Source: Podarcis melisellensis (Eukaryota). Taken from it: DNA of 64,000 bases. The notes below the pieces were generated by a model. It did not search any database and was not told the origin of the DNA. It saw only the letters and a list, made by a program, of their open reading frames with translations. A program made the position numbers and the translations under genes. The stretch is from assembly GCA_964234715.1 (NCBI GenBank), contig OZ174279.1. One strand, written 5' to 3'. Below are positions 11,946 through 25,547 of this stretch, piece after piece (position 1 is the first letter of the stretch; every line of letters begins with the position of its first letter).

Positions 11946-13440
11946 GAACTACATCAGCAGTCCTCAACACAATGATATTTGGTCACCTGAAGAATAGCAA
12001 AAGGAATGAAAAAGGCAAGTGAAAGGTTAGAGGCAGAAACTCCCTGGATCCAGCTATAAGTGGAGAAATTAGGTCAAAGAGTTTGGCTGTGGAACACCCA
12101 GTGATGTGTACCATGATGGCATGAGTATAGGGGTGAATACTGTTATGTATCCCACCTACACTTCAAATGATGTGCACTGTAATCATATGTCAAGCTGGCA
12201 TCAATGGTGTTGAGAAATGGGAAGACATTTTCAGTCATGTCATGGAGACAGGAGACCGGTATATCTGTGTCTCCATAGCTTTAGAAAAGCTAATAGTCTC
12301 CAAAAATTGGAATGAACAATACATATGTGATTGTCCTGAAATGAAAATGAATCATTGAATGCAGAGCAGCTGCCAAGTCAACAAGCATCCATGTCTCACT
12401 CAACAGAATAGCTAGTTTATCATCTCCAAATCTTGGAGAGAGCTGTGTCATATGCCGATTTACTTATTTCATGCTTAGGATGATCTGTGAAACCAAAAGA
12501 AGCTTGTTCTGTGAATGGATGCAAAAATAGATACATACAATAAGAATGAAAAGAGGAGAACATTATTGGATTAGGACATCATGATAAGATAATTAGTCTT
12601 CAGGGAAGAAATCTCAGCTTTTCAGTACTGAACTACAGTGTTGGAAAAGTTTAACTGAGCCAGCTGAATTCATAGTAAGGAGACCACAGTGTGCGTATCA
12701 GGCTGCATATACACCATACATCAATATGTACTATTATACATGCATCTTTACAGCAGGTTAGCCCTTTAGTCTGCAGTTGCTGATAATTCAGTGCTGTTGT
12801 TCTTTTTGTGCAACAGACTGTCATTCCAACAGCTACAGAATGAAAACCAAATCTATAACTTTTGAACTAAATATATATTGGTAAAATGTTTTCAATCACT
12901 GTAAATGCAAATGGCTATATTGTTTGAATACAGGAGCATTTTACTTCATGGGAGCAGCAATTGAAGTTAGGAAGAAAGGAACTTCCAAAGTTCCTTTGCA
13001 AATGTGAAATAGTGAGTGGCCCAAGGGTATTAAGTAATTTAGTAGCCAGGTGACATTGTTGTGGCTGATATTCAGGTATATTGATGTTCCTGGTATGTTG
13101 TCAGCATCATAGTAAAGGGAATTTAGAGCCAGTTAATCCTTACAGTGTCCTCCATAATCCAGAGAGATTCTGTTTCTCTTGTAATCCAACATTACTGTTT
13201 CAACAACTGGGTGCTACCTGATGTAGAGTTCTGGTATATTTGTGTGAAGGTATTTGGTAACCCAGATCTTAAACGTGTTGCAATATAATCACTACAAGAA
13301 GAAAAATATATGCTAAGAACTGAGTTTGGCATTGTACATTTAGATACAACATTGCACACAACATTGTTACTTGCTCCACTTTCATTTGCAGGGTCTCATT
13401 TGCATGTGGGGATCTGAACCTGATCTCATGCTCTGAGAGC

Positions 13441-13730
13441 CAGGGTCAGCCCATGACATTTAGCTGCCTGAAGTAGAGGACAAGATGGTCCATGTAGAGA
13501 AGATGAGTGGACTGGTTGCTGAAATTTATTTCAGTATAGCCAACAGAATAGTGTTCTTCACTGCACCTGAGGGCAGCAAGCTATTTTATTGGAGTGCATG
13601 ACACATACAGTTGTGCCCTCCAGCAGAAGGGCATGGCCAGGAGGAACAGCCAGAGGACTGCTGCCACCATCCAGAACTGGCTGCTTTTGGTGGTTGCATC
13701 ACTTTACATAATGATAGGTCAGGCCCCAAT
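13441..13730. mobile_element. Old hAT-like non-autonomous element
   Basis: Starts CAGGGTCAGCCC…GCTGCCTGAAG and ends …ATAATGATAGGTCAGGCCCC; the end resembles the element at 25548-25890. Confidence 0.45.
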
Positions 13731-16700
13731 TGACAGACCCTATATTTGAGTTCTGCATCATTAACCTTACTGAGTGTGGTGTGTTACATCCTGCAAAATT
13801 TGATTATACCAAGTCGTATGTGATGCAAGGATATTAGACACCATAGATTAAGGGTAGCCAACATGGTGTCCTCCAGGTGTTATTAGATTCAATCAAAGAT
13901 GATAGGAACTGTGGTTCAACAATTATGTTGACCACTTCCGCTGATTGTCTATTCTATACTTAGAAGACATGTATTTGAGTGTTAAAATGTATCTATACAG
14001 ACCAACTTCTTCACAACAGAGGTCTTTAATGTCTTGCACTTTAATATGATTTTCAGTGTAAACCCAGGACAGTTTAATAAAACTGAACCACGTTGAGGGG
14101 GCTGAAATTGTAGTATACAAATACCCAAATAAATTACTATCATATAATGTTTTGAATATTCTGTTTAAAATGCAGGGATTAAAACAGTAACTTGTGCATA
14201 CATACACATATACACACACACAACTTTTCTAATCTGAACAGTTGAAATCACTTTTATGCCAGCTACTTGGTAAATGAAAACAATGTTTCCCTTGTTTATA
14301 TGGACTGTTAGGGATTCACAGCTTTAAAGACTTTTGTGCAACTATTCACACAACGCATGATATAAAATTTCTCAGTTTTTCCATCTCTTTGTGTGCAGCA
14401 CATACTGGGCAGTTCTATTACTAGAGATAATCAGTTCTATAGATACAATAAACAGGGTTCACTGGATACCTCATGACACTATGATAAAGCAAAATTGAAA
14501 TTTATTGTGGTGGTTACTGTGAGCAGATTCTGCTGTCATTGCCAATCGGCTTGCTATGAAACGTCCTTGAAAAATGTCCTCACCTTTATGTGACCACTTT
14601 GGCTTCAGGATGGATCCACTAGAAGCGTCTCTGGTGTAATTTGTATGAGTGATATCTAGGCTGGGTTGCTATGGTTACTTGTCTATCCAACAGCCAGTTG
14701 GCTCTTTGTGATAATTAGTGCAGACACTGGATCTTTGACTTGAATTGGCTACAGTACATGGAAGAGCTCTTTATTTCTAACTCTTGAATCACATCTAACA
14801 TATTAAGAACCTCCTGTGAAATAAAATAAAATAAAATAGTGTATATGTATTATTCTTTCTGTTACAACTGAATGAAATGCTTCCCCCCCAAAAAAATGGT
14901 GTTATATATTATATAAGGTGCATTGATACTCTTCATTTTACAGATGAGAATGGGAATAATTTTGGACCAAGGTAAGTCTGAGAGTGAGTAATCAGCAGCT
15001 GATTACAGTTGCTAGTACCTCGTACTAGAATTGAAACTCCTGAAATGGGAACAGCTGAAATTAGTTCCATAGGGTGGAATTCAACATCACACTATTACAA
15101 ATGTTCCATCTGCACAAGCACAACAGCTTGCTAGACAGAATGATCTTCCTTGCCCCATGTACTATTCTGCAGGTTCTCCTAATCCCCACTCAAACCAGTT
15201 GGGGGGCACATGAGGGGAGAAAAGGGAGGGAAATCCCTGCTGTAGATAAGCATTGCAGGTTTATATGCATCTTTGAATTCCAACATTAAAAAAAAAAGTT
15301 TCCATTAAGGATGGGGGGGCAAACATCCAGTGCAGGGCCAGTCAGTTATGGGATCAACCCTGTTTGAACTGCAGTACACAGACTCAAGGTGGGCATAGTG
15401 TCTTAATTCTGTTCACATCCAACCTTCCGTATACCACAGTCTATTGCTTTCCCTAGGAAAAAACAGCCTTACCTGTTAGGAGAAGTGGCGACTGATGGAG
15501 GGCTCCAGCAGAGAGGAGATAGGCCCAGTGAGCTTATTCTGTGGCAGGAAATTATTCATAAGAGCAGTGGTGATCACGGAACATCATTTCCTCTGGAGAG
15601 GCCTGATGGGCCTCCACTGGGAACCTCCACCTAAAGTTGTTTTTATTTCTTCTTTGGAGAAGGGGAGGGGGGCTGTGCAGCCATTACACTTATAGTATTA
15701 AGCTAGACTACTTGGAGAGTTAGGGGGATTTTCAATAAGTTGATTTGGGGTGCAAACATCTCACTACTCAGCAGAGTTATTACCCTGTTGTTTAGCCCTG
15801 GGACTCTTAGATCAACTAACATTAATTAAAAGGGGTAATAAAGTTAACCCTCCAACAATTCCTTATTTTTATAGCTCTTAATATTGTGAAAGGAAGTCTG
15901 TAGCTGGCTAGTTCAAATCAATATGTGAAATTCAGCATATTATACCACCCCACTGCCTGCTTAGCTTTTCCAAATTACACTGTTCCTTGCAGAATTCTTC
16001 TTTATATGCAACTCATAAAGACCAAGAAAGGTCCCGAGTCTTGAAAGGCAACCCTGAACCCCTTAGGTCCCTAGCCCTCAATGCCAGGGTCTTTTCCTCT
16101 AGTCTCAGTTTTTTTTAAATTGCCCATGGATTAAGTTCCTAAATCTCATGGGCGAGGCACTGGATCCAAGCAGCAGGCCAGATGTTGCGCAAACCATGAC
16201 TGGTGGATGGGGCAATCTCAAAAGGTCTCACTCTTAGTGCTGATAAACTGATTGGTGTTAACAGCAGGTCTTCAAAGGGCTGACTCTAAGCACCAATAGA
16301 ATGAGTCTCATTGAGTGTACTAGGGAGTTAGTTCAGCTGATCTCAGTGGGGCTTTCTGGCAGCGAGTAGGGTCCTGGCAGCTTAGGGTCCTGGCAGCAAG
16401 CCTTGCACTTTAAGCTCCTGATCGTTCCTTTGTAACTAGGTCTTTACCTGCCAATCACCTGATATCACATATATCATCAGGGATGGTTCAAGTGGACATG
16501 GATTGGAGAAAATGGCCTTGTGAGCCAAGGAGGCCTGTGGGTGGGAGACTGCTGCTCACTGTCAACTCTGTTCTCACCCATTAAGCTACTTTGCTTCTGG
16601 GCTTCCTGGCTTTTTAGGTTCCATGTCTTCTGGTGTGTCAACCAAGTCAGCTTTCAAGTTCTTACCTTACATGAGGTGGTAATCCCCAGCAGACTGACAG

Positions 16701-18862
16701 CCCTTCTTTTTCTCATTTCTCAGCATACCAGCATAATTGTAGAGTGAAGATGAATGTGTTCACATGCTTTCCACATAACTGGAGCTACCTCTTGATGGGA
16801 TGGGACCGTGCTATTTTTGATGAGTTACAGCAGTTTTGACAGTTTGAGCCGAGGACGTAGGGCCTGAGAACTGAATCTAACTTGCTAAGCCTTTCCCTCC
16901 TAGAAAAGCTTCCCTTTGCTTTTCTGGAATGACATGTCCACAAGTGAGCTGTTGCACAAGAGCAGGGTGAGGCTTTGCTTGGTGGGAATAGCCTTGGTGA
17001 GTTTCCAATTTCCCATGGTCCTGCATTGCCTGTTTTTGAGTTTTGGCCAAAGTGTGCAGTGATGAGCATATCATATTTGCCCCGTGATTGTGAGACAATT
17101 CAAGTGGCATTAAAGAAATTCTGATTCTTGAAAAACGAGAAAGGTGAATCATCTGTTAAAGCACATAAATGTCATATGAACTGATGCAGCTCTCTTGCCT
17201 TCAGCAGCACTTGGGCCTGTTTATGGGAGCAGTAAATATGTGGACAAAGAGTTGTGTATAAATATAGTCGCCTTGCAACGCGCACACATTTAACTTGCAT
17301 GATTGCAGCTTTATGTGCTTGGCAGCTGACCAGCTGATATCACAGAAGTTAAACGCATGCAAGGCGCAGAGCTTAAAAGCTCTTTCCTGGTGTGGAAAGC
17401 ACTTTTAAGCTCTCAATCTTGCTTACCAGGCTCTAACTCTGGGAGGATCCCATGAGATCTTGTGAGAGCCTTCCAGAGCCCAGTAAGCAAGACAAAAAGC
17501 TTAAAAGCTCTCCACCATGTGTGTTGGGGCAGAGGCCAAGGCCTGCTTGGCACAATGGCTTTGGAAAGGTAGGGATGGTCACATGGGGGCAATTCCAAAG
17601 TTAAAACAATTTTGGCTTTATACACTATCCTCTGGAACATAACCCTTGCATTAGTTGCAATCCCACTGTACTGGATTTACACAGCAGGGTTTATTGGTTC
17701 TCTTCCTGTAACAGCTGTGTTCCTTCTAAGTTTTTCTTACCCACAAGATTCCAAAACTATGGGAAACCTCAAAAGAGAAAGGTTTGGGATTTTGTTGACC
17801 TAAAGGCTAGTACACACCCAGGGGTTTTTAGTGGCCCTAGATTCAGTTAATAGTATTGTAAGTGTTTGGGGAGAGACATAGCTCATTACTTCAGTAATTA
17901 AGTGTTTTGGGGTTTTTTTTGTTTTTTTAAAGGGCCCAGGTTCAGTCTCTTGCATTAGCAGCTTCAAGGATTAGGGTGCAGCTAATATGGAATACCTCAC
18001 CGTACTGCAAACCCAGGAGAACTGCCATTCATAGTACAGAATACTGTACAGTGCTAGATAGATGTACAGTCTGACTTTGTGACCTGTGTTTCTTGTTTGA
18101 GATATATTCCTTCATTGATTGTGGAACTGCTAGTAGGCTAAACTAACTGGGGTAATAAATGTGATAACAAGCTTGCTTAATTATCTAGTTCTCATTTATT
18201 CACCCGCAGAGTTTTTAAAATGTATGGTAATGGGTATCCCTAAATGTTGCACTGTTCTTGAGATTAATGGAGCATGCCATCTCAGTAGCATTTGATAATT
18301 ACTATAGTTCTTAGGTTTGGGGTATGATCAGTAAGCATGCTGTCAAGGCCAAGAAAGCATTCCTTAGCCAGGGTCTGTATTTGGAACTGAAAAGGCATAG
18401 ACTGGCTCTTGTTTGGATGTTAAAGAATTCAATAATGTATAAACTCAGTGTTAGTGGCACATCTGTTGTCAGATGTCTATGTTGCTGAAACATTTTCCAG
18501 TTTTTATTTAAATCTAGATTTTGCCCAACGTATTGAAGTGATGAATAATGAGTTTCAGTTTTTTAAGAAGAACACAAGGATCAAACAAAAGAGAAAGGCG
18601 TTTTCAGATGTGATTAGCTAGTGACAGAGTACCATTATTATCCTGTGAATATGTTATGGTGTAGTAAACTATATATCTTGCTTGAGATCACAGAGGAAAA
18701 TACCCAGCTATTTGCTTGTGTCTGTCTGCTAACATCTTAGATGATGTCATGTCTATTGTTTCTAATGTCTTCTAAAATATCTGTAAAATACTTTGCAGGT
18801 ACTTATTCAGTGATTAACGGTCAACATAGAAATACCACTTGGCAAGTAGAACAGTAATTAGG

Positions 18863-18920
18863 ATCATAGAATTCTAGAGTTGCAAGGGACCCTAAGGGTC
18901 ATCTAGTTCATCACCTTGTA
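18863..18920 (-). mobile_element. CR1 LINE 3'-terminal fragment
   Basis: ATCATAGAATTCTAGAGTTGCAAGGGACCCTAAGGGTCATCTAGTTCA is the reverse complement of a CR1 hairpin plus ATTCTATG tail. Confidence 0.7.
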
Positions 18921-19140
18921 TGTAAGCCTTGTGGATGTATCATGGGATTTTCAGCAGTGATAATTGCTGGTGAGATTAATCCAGTTTTTCTCAGGATATG
19001 CCTAGTGCTAGCATTGTATATCCTGGATCTCTTCTTGTATAAGAAACCACTTGCATAAGAAACCATTGTAACAGTCTGCTCATGGTTGAGCCAACATAGA
19101 AGTTATGTTCTAGGTTAAGGTATAATATATCATATAATTG

Positions 19141-19391
19141 GAGAGCCAGTGTGGTGTAGTGGTTAAGAGCGGTTGTCTCGTAATCTGGGGAACCGGGTTT
19201 GCGTCTCTGCTCCTCCACCTGCAGCTGCTGGGTGACCTTGGGCCAGTCACACTTCTTTGAAGTCTCTCAGCCCCACTCACCTCATAGAGTGTTTGTTGTG
19301 GGGGAGGAAGGGAAAAGGAGATTGTTAGCCGCTTTGAGACTCCTGAAGGGGAGTGAAAGGCGGGATATCAAATCCAAACTCCTCTTCTTCT
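19141..19391 (+). mobile_element. Squam3-type tRNA/CORE SINE, full length
   Basis: A-box GTGGTGTAGTGG, B-box-like GGTTTGCGTC, CORE-like GTGACCTTGGGCCAGTCAC, (CTT)n tail; highly similar reverse copy at 36190-36426. Confidence 0.88.
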
Positions 19392-19678
19392 AATTATGTA
19401 ACACATACAATGCTATTGGTATTTTATATATTGCTGACTTTGATATCAGTGGAACTTCATCACCATAAAATTAGTTCAGCATTCAGACCACAAAGCATAA
19501 ATCTTATGGAATTTCATTTAATTAAGCACTTGCTCTCAATTACTTGGAAGTGCTAGAATGCAGCTGATGAGAGCAAATCTTTTGCTTACCATATATCACT
19601 AAAAATATTAAATAACCCATGCAGTAAGTTTTATAGCATAATGCAGCTTGACAGAGAATCGAAGACCATAGAACCTGC

Positions 19679-19683
<5 letters not shown>

Positions 19684-19745
<62 letters not shown>
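19684..19745. repeat. (CT)n microsatellite
   Basis: About 30 uninterrupted CT units. Confidence 0.98.
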
Positions 19746-19747
<2 letters not shown>

Positions 19748-20656
19748 ATCCCCAAGTTGTGCTTCTAGGACTGTTTGGAGTCCTAAATAGAAAAGATGAC
19801 TTCAATTCTGTCCCAGGCAGACTTCAGTGTATACATAATTTAACACAGTTTGGCACAATTCACAGTCATCATCTAGGAAATGCCCAGAAGTGAGTCAATG
19901 CAGCAAAATCAGTTCCTGACAACTTCTAGATAGCTACCCTTTGAAGGCTTCATTTCATTGCATTGTTTTGCCATTGCTTGTATATTCTGTGACTGGTGTG
20001 CATCAAGGGATGTATATGTCTACCTGAAAATACAATACTACCAGTATTGTCATTGTTTCCTATGTTTGCTGGTGGGATTGGTACAAAATCAGAACTAGGA
20101 ACTTCTCAAAACTCTTGCCTTGAGGGAAACTCCACATTCTCTCTCTCTCTGGGAATCATAGTATTTTGACAATATTATCAGTTTCCTTTCTTCCTTTGCT
20201 GAGCAGAAATAGAGTGAAACTGTGTGCCATTTTCTTATGTCAGTTTGTCATTTTTTATGAAGCGCTGAATTTTTAGAGAGTTGTTAAACCCAGACTTAAC
20301 ATTAATAAAAATGAATAGAGAATTATTCTGTGACACTTTGTGCCAACTTCCACAAACCGTGAAGCTTTCAGCACATTAATGCTAGCATTTTTAGATAACG
20401 ATGATTCAAGGAAAATGTGTATCCTATTCCCCCCTGCAATGTGAGAATTCTGAAATAAAGTATAACAGTAAACTGCTATAATACCTTTCACAACAACAGG
20501 AAATACATCTTGCATGATCATCATGTTCTGATATCTTGTTTTTTGTATTATTTCCTTTTTGAAATCCATGTTTGTTAATTACACCACTTCTTTTCATATT
20601 CTGGAGGTTTTTTGTGCAGGGGATTCAGAGTTATCTTAGTAGGAATTGGCTTAGCT

Positions 20657-20783
20657 TGGGGTAGCCAACATATTGCCCTCAATATATTGTTAGACTACAA
20701 CTTCCATCATCCCTGACCATTTGCCATGATCGCTGAGGCTGATGGGAATTGTGGTCAACATCTAGAGGGCTTGGCTACTTTGA
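20657..20783. mobile_element. ~135-bp palindromic hAT-like MITE
   Basis: GGGGTAGCCAACA…ACTACAACTTCCATCATCCCTG…GCTGATGGGAATTGTGG…TTGGCTAC; same family as 9328. Confidence 0.7.
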
Positions 20784-21868
20784 TGTCACAGAGGGGCCAA
20801 TCTTAGAATTTGAATGTTAGTGTCTTTGAGCAATTTTTGGCAAAGTAATAATGCTTTTCATTTCCAGTGCAGTCTGGAGACTTGCTAGAAGTGGACAATG
20901 CATTTGCTTCTAGGTATATGCAGAAAACAGGTATTATTTGCTTGTTGATTACCTACGCTTCACAAGGTTCCACGGTGGGTCACAACATTAAAACACAATA
21001 TTGAAAACAGTTTAAAACAATGCTGGCTTGTTATGCCTGGCTGTAGATTGATGTTTAGAGACATGAGTTCAAATATCAACTTCAGCACTTGTTTCAAAAT
21101 TCTAAAGAGGCAAGCAATAGAACATGGAAACAAGTCCTTAATTCTATGCACTAACATGCTGTTTCAACAAAAATGAAACTGAACCATGGGCAAGGGAGGA
21201 ATTCTGTTGGTACAAAGCAGGGAAGTAGTAGGAGTCAGTTAATAAGGAGAATGTGCTTGTCACTGGCTCAGGGGATTGCTGTAAAACATTAGGAAGTAAC
21301 ATCAATGCTGAGGATTTTCTCTAGGTCCCTCCATCTGTACGTGACAGCAGACTTCCTTCAGAATATGCTTAGGCTAGTCAAACTAGTTCTCTGTCTCTCC
21401 TTTTTTCGTCCTACTTAAATGGGGAACAAGTGCTGGCTGATAGTGGCCTGGGATTGCAATCTGCTTTGTAATTGGTGGCATGGGCTGAAGTTTAGCAGTT
21501 CCTCTTTCCATTCTTGCTGAAACACGTTTGTCAGATTTCACTCAAGAGTTCAGCCCATTGTGATAGCATGCAGACCATGAATGAGAAATAGGAAATATAA
21601 AACCACAACACCACTTGTTGTTCCATGCATTTACCGCTTGATTTGGTGTAACAGCCGACTTCCCCATTGTATAGAATTTTCATTAAATCAGCAGCTTTTT
21701 TGGGGGTGGGGAGCTGATTACAATAATTCTACTCCCAATCACCCCATGCAGCATAAGAACAGTGTTGTTTGTCTTCTCTAACACTGCTCAAATACCTGAT
21801 AGATAACCCTACAAACACCATAAATTAGACTACTGGAACATTTTGAGAGTTTCTGACAGTATTTACCT

Positions 21869-21926
21869 GTTGTTGTTGTTGTTGTTGTTTCGTCGTGTCC
21901 TACTCTTTGTGACCCCATGGACGAAG
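21869..21926 (-). mobile_element. Extremely 5'-truncated BovB LINE insertion (58 bp)
   Basis: Reverse complement reads GTCCATGGGGTCACAAAGAGTAGGACACGACG + (AAC)n, matching the 3' end of the 35010 copy; 11-bp TSD AGTATTTACCT / AGTATTTTCCT. Confidence 0.85.
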
Positions 21927-23485
21927 AGTATTTTCCTAGGGACTAGCAATTTTATATTATGTATAGGGTGAGAAATGGAATAGCTTGGGGGAGGGGGTTA
22001 AACTGAACATTTTTCTCCTGCCAGCATTGTCAGAACTTAGGAATGGTTTCAGAAAAACTGTTTTCCAGAATATTTTCCAAAAATGCAGACTTGGGCAGGG
22101 AGACTGTCCTGAGGGGATCAGAATAACTTTGTTATATCTGTGTTTTTATGTAAAAAGAGAACCTATAATTTACTGCGGGAAAAAGAACTCTGGCCAGTTT
22201 TGCTATAAGGTAGATGTGAAACCTTTGTTTAGTTTCAGTACTCCCAGCCTTTTCTTCTTGAAATATTTTGGAAAACATTTTAAAGAAATATGTACTTGAG
22301 GCACCCTGAACGATTATCTATAGCAGCTGGACAGCAGCTGTCTGTTCCTCTCTGCAAGTTCAGTCTACCTATTGGAACACATATTTTCTATTGCTCTACA
22401 TATACATTAAAGAGGATAGTTTTCAAAGTTCTGTTTTTTCATTCTCTTCAAAATTCTGTGCTTTTGGGTAGAAATAACTAAAGCAAGTTTGTATCCTCCC
22501 TGTTGCCGTTTGCAAGCAAAGCCTGCAGTTTTGTATTTCAAAATAGACTGGGAATTTGAGTCTTCTCTGCATGCCTCTCATGATGTCATGTGTTGGCAGT
22601 GAAAAGTTATCCATGTGGCCACTACATACCACACACATGACCGCTACGTACCACACTCATGCCAGTTTGGTATTTCTGAAAGGTTACAAATCAATGAGAA
22701 TAATTTTATGCAAGTGCTCTATAAAATGAACATAACATAGTAAGAGCATTCTGTGTTCTGCTCTTGCTCTTTAAATTGCTTGAAAACAATCAGCCGTCAG
22801 TCAAGCCAGGAGAGCAAGATGGGCAACCTTCGATATATTGAATTGTGTGATGTACAACAAGCTGGGCTTGAACCTATGAGGCTCAAAGCATTTTGTGAAA
22901 AAACATGAAAGAATCTTTTCAGCTCTGCAGTGAGATTACTACAAAGTATTCAAGCATAATGTTCATTCGCAGTGAGATGATGGACTGCTGCAGGCATAAT
23001 GTCATTCCTTAACAGTGATTAAGAGGCTGGGACTGGGAAATGGGAATCATTTCAAATCCTGGGCTAAGAAGAAACTCTGATTGCCCTTAACATCAGTTAA
23101 CTGTGATACCAATGTAGTGCTTAACTGAAATTTGCAGATGGAGGGCTGAATTAATATGAACATGCAATTATGTAGCTCAGTTGTCATCTTTTAAATATTT
23201 TCTTTTTAAAAAAAATAATCAATAATTGTTAAGAGACTGACTGACTGTTATGTCTACACAAGCCAAGTTAGAGTTAAGCAGTTTTGTCAGGATGGGAAGA
23301 AAGAGTCAATGGTATATCATTATGGAAATATATCTAGGAAAGATTCAGGTGCTTCGCTTCACCCATCCCCCGCATGAGTGGGAGGAGAGTTCTGAATGTT
23401 TTCGTTCCTGTTTCAGACTAACTACAGCTTAGCATTATGTCTGAACCTAAGCAAACTGTGGTTTGTGTTAAGTATTTTTGGTTTC

Positions 23486-23562
23486 TGTGGAAGCCGCCCA
23501 GAGTGGCTGGGGAAACCCAGCCAGATAGGCTGGGTACAAATAATAAATTATTATTATTATTA
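23486..23562 (+). mobile_element. L2 3'-terminal fragment with (TTA)n tail
   Basis: GGAAGCCGCCCAGAGTGGCTGGGGAAACCCAGCCAGAT matches the 3' ends at ~1320 and ~54310. Confidence 0.8.
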
Positions 23563-25547
23563 AGGTTAGTTGGAACAAACCAGCTTTATGCTATAGACAA
23601 CTTGATTTGTTTCAACCAACAAGCCATCTAACCATAGTTTAAAAAAACCACTGTTTAAGTTTGGGTGCAACACTAAACTGTGGTGAACTGAAATTGGAAA
23701 TGAAAGATTTTGATCTCCTCCCAGCTACACTGGCTGGGGCTTATTGGAATAGTAGTCCAAAACATCTGGAAGAAACCAGATTGGCAGAGGCTGGGCTATA
23801 GTTACATCAAAATGCAAAGTGCAGAAGTTTAGTTTTCTTTTCTATGTTCAAATAATTAAAACATGTGTAAGAATATGACAGGTCATATGGCTGCATATTC
23901 TCTGAGGTTGTAGAATATATCAGCATAACAGCCTGCAAGCGTTTCAATTGCCCGGATAATGCCTGGATAATGATTGATGTGAAGCAGGAATATTTGAAAG
24001 AATGCAGTTGAAAAAGAAACCCCATATGTTATCCAGTTTTCTTCTAGCTTTTCCCCCTGCACAGTCTGATATATTTTTCTTCCAACTTGTAGCCTTCCCA
24101 AACTTTTACTGACTTAGATGCCTGCTATTTTGAAAATGTTTTGGTATGAAATGTTGTCTTGCAAGATGCTGATCTTAGCATCTCTTAAGCAGATGGAAAT
24201 GAGAATGTTTCCAGCTCCTAATGACAAACACAAGCAAAGGGAACTATTCCAAATATTGAGCAACTCACTGGAGCCTTACGTTTCTTAGTATCCTAAGCAG
24301 GGCAGGATTTGAACCTCTGCAGCTAAACGGCTTTAGGATAAGCATTTGCTTGCAGTTGTGGAACTAGTTTTTAACTGTGTATTCTAAATATATTTGCTTA
24401 TACTGAAGCTGGGTCAAGTCACTGCTGTTCAGATCTCTGCTAAACCTAAAGGTCAAAAGTACTTGCAGTCAATGTATGCCTTTTAGCAATACTTCATAAT
24501 TCTTTTGTTCTTATTTTTCAAAGGAACATGTTGATGTTTATGAACATTAACCTGGACCTGATGTTTGGAGGTATATATCTAGTATTTATGGTTACAGCTC
24601 TATGAAATAGGCAGCAGAAATTGAAAGAATTCATAAAGGTTCTGGAAGAGTACCCATGTTACCCCCCAAAATCCCCCCCATTTGATACATTAAAATACTT
24701 AATTATTTTATTGCAGTACAAGTGTTCATGTACAAATATATTTTTACATCAGGTGTTTCCCTTCATTTCTGCCTCTTAGGCTACACTGAGGAAAAATCTA
24801 TGCCTGCATGGTTGAGTCTAATGCTAAAGAATTTGCTTGTCTACTGAGGGCTACATGTTCTTGACTGGCCTTAAATCTTTCAACTTTTACCATGACAACT
24901 TCTAAAATGAAACACTACAACCTCTCTATATTACTTCTTGGGGCTTAATTTTAAGATAGGGATTATTTGGAATTAGTTTAAATCTTACGACTAATCTCCA
25001 GAATCTGAAAAGTGAAATATGTTGTGATTGCATTACAAGTTCCTGGTAGGATAGTACATAAAAACACAAAAGTCCATCTGGTCCAACATCCTGTTTTTGC
25101 CACAGTGGTGAAAGAGATGCTTATGGAACGCTCACAAGCAGGAAACAAGGGCATTCTCACTGTTGTTCTCTAGATCTAGATTGGGCTGGTTTCTTTTGTA
25201 AATTGATTTTTTAATTAATTAAATTTGCTGTTCATACACACGGAAAGACAGCTGAAGGATTTCTCAGTGTGTGCATATATGATGCAAAACATCAAGTGTG
25301 ATATCTTTCATAAGTGAATGAAGTCTACACTTGCGTTTTAGTGCTAGAATAATATGGATTTCAAATATTTAGAGAGTGCCAGCCAACTACATATCTTTAC
25401 CTGAGGTGTCTAATGGGTTCCAAAAATGGAGTGGGAAAGAATACAATAACAAAAAACAAAACAAAACGCCAACTTTCTTGTGTTTCTTTTTTATTATGCT
25501 TGGTGAGAATATGCACAAAATGAACATGCTTTTTGTGTTGTCCTTCT

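Noticed and set aside
19141-19215. tRNA-like sequence (also ~36496-36530)
   Set aside because: SINE heads continuing into SINE bodies; no complete cloverleaf.
19540-19755. ORF with (RE)n repeat
   Set aside because: Translation of the (CT)n microsatellite.
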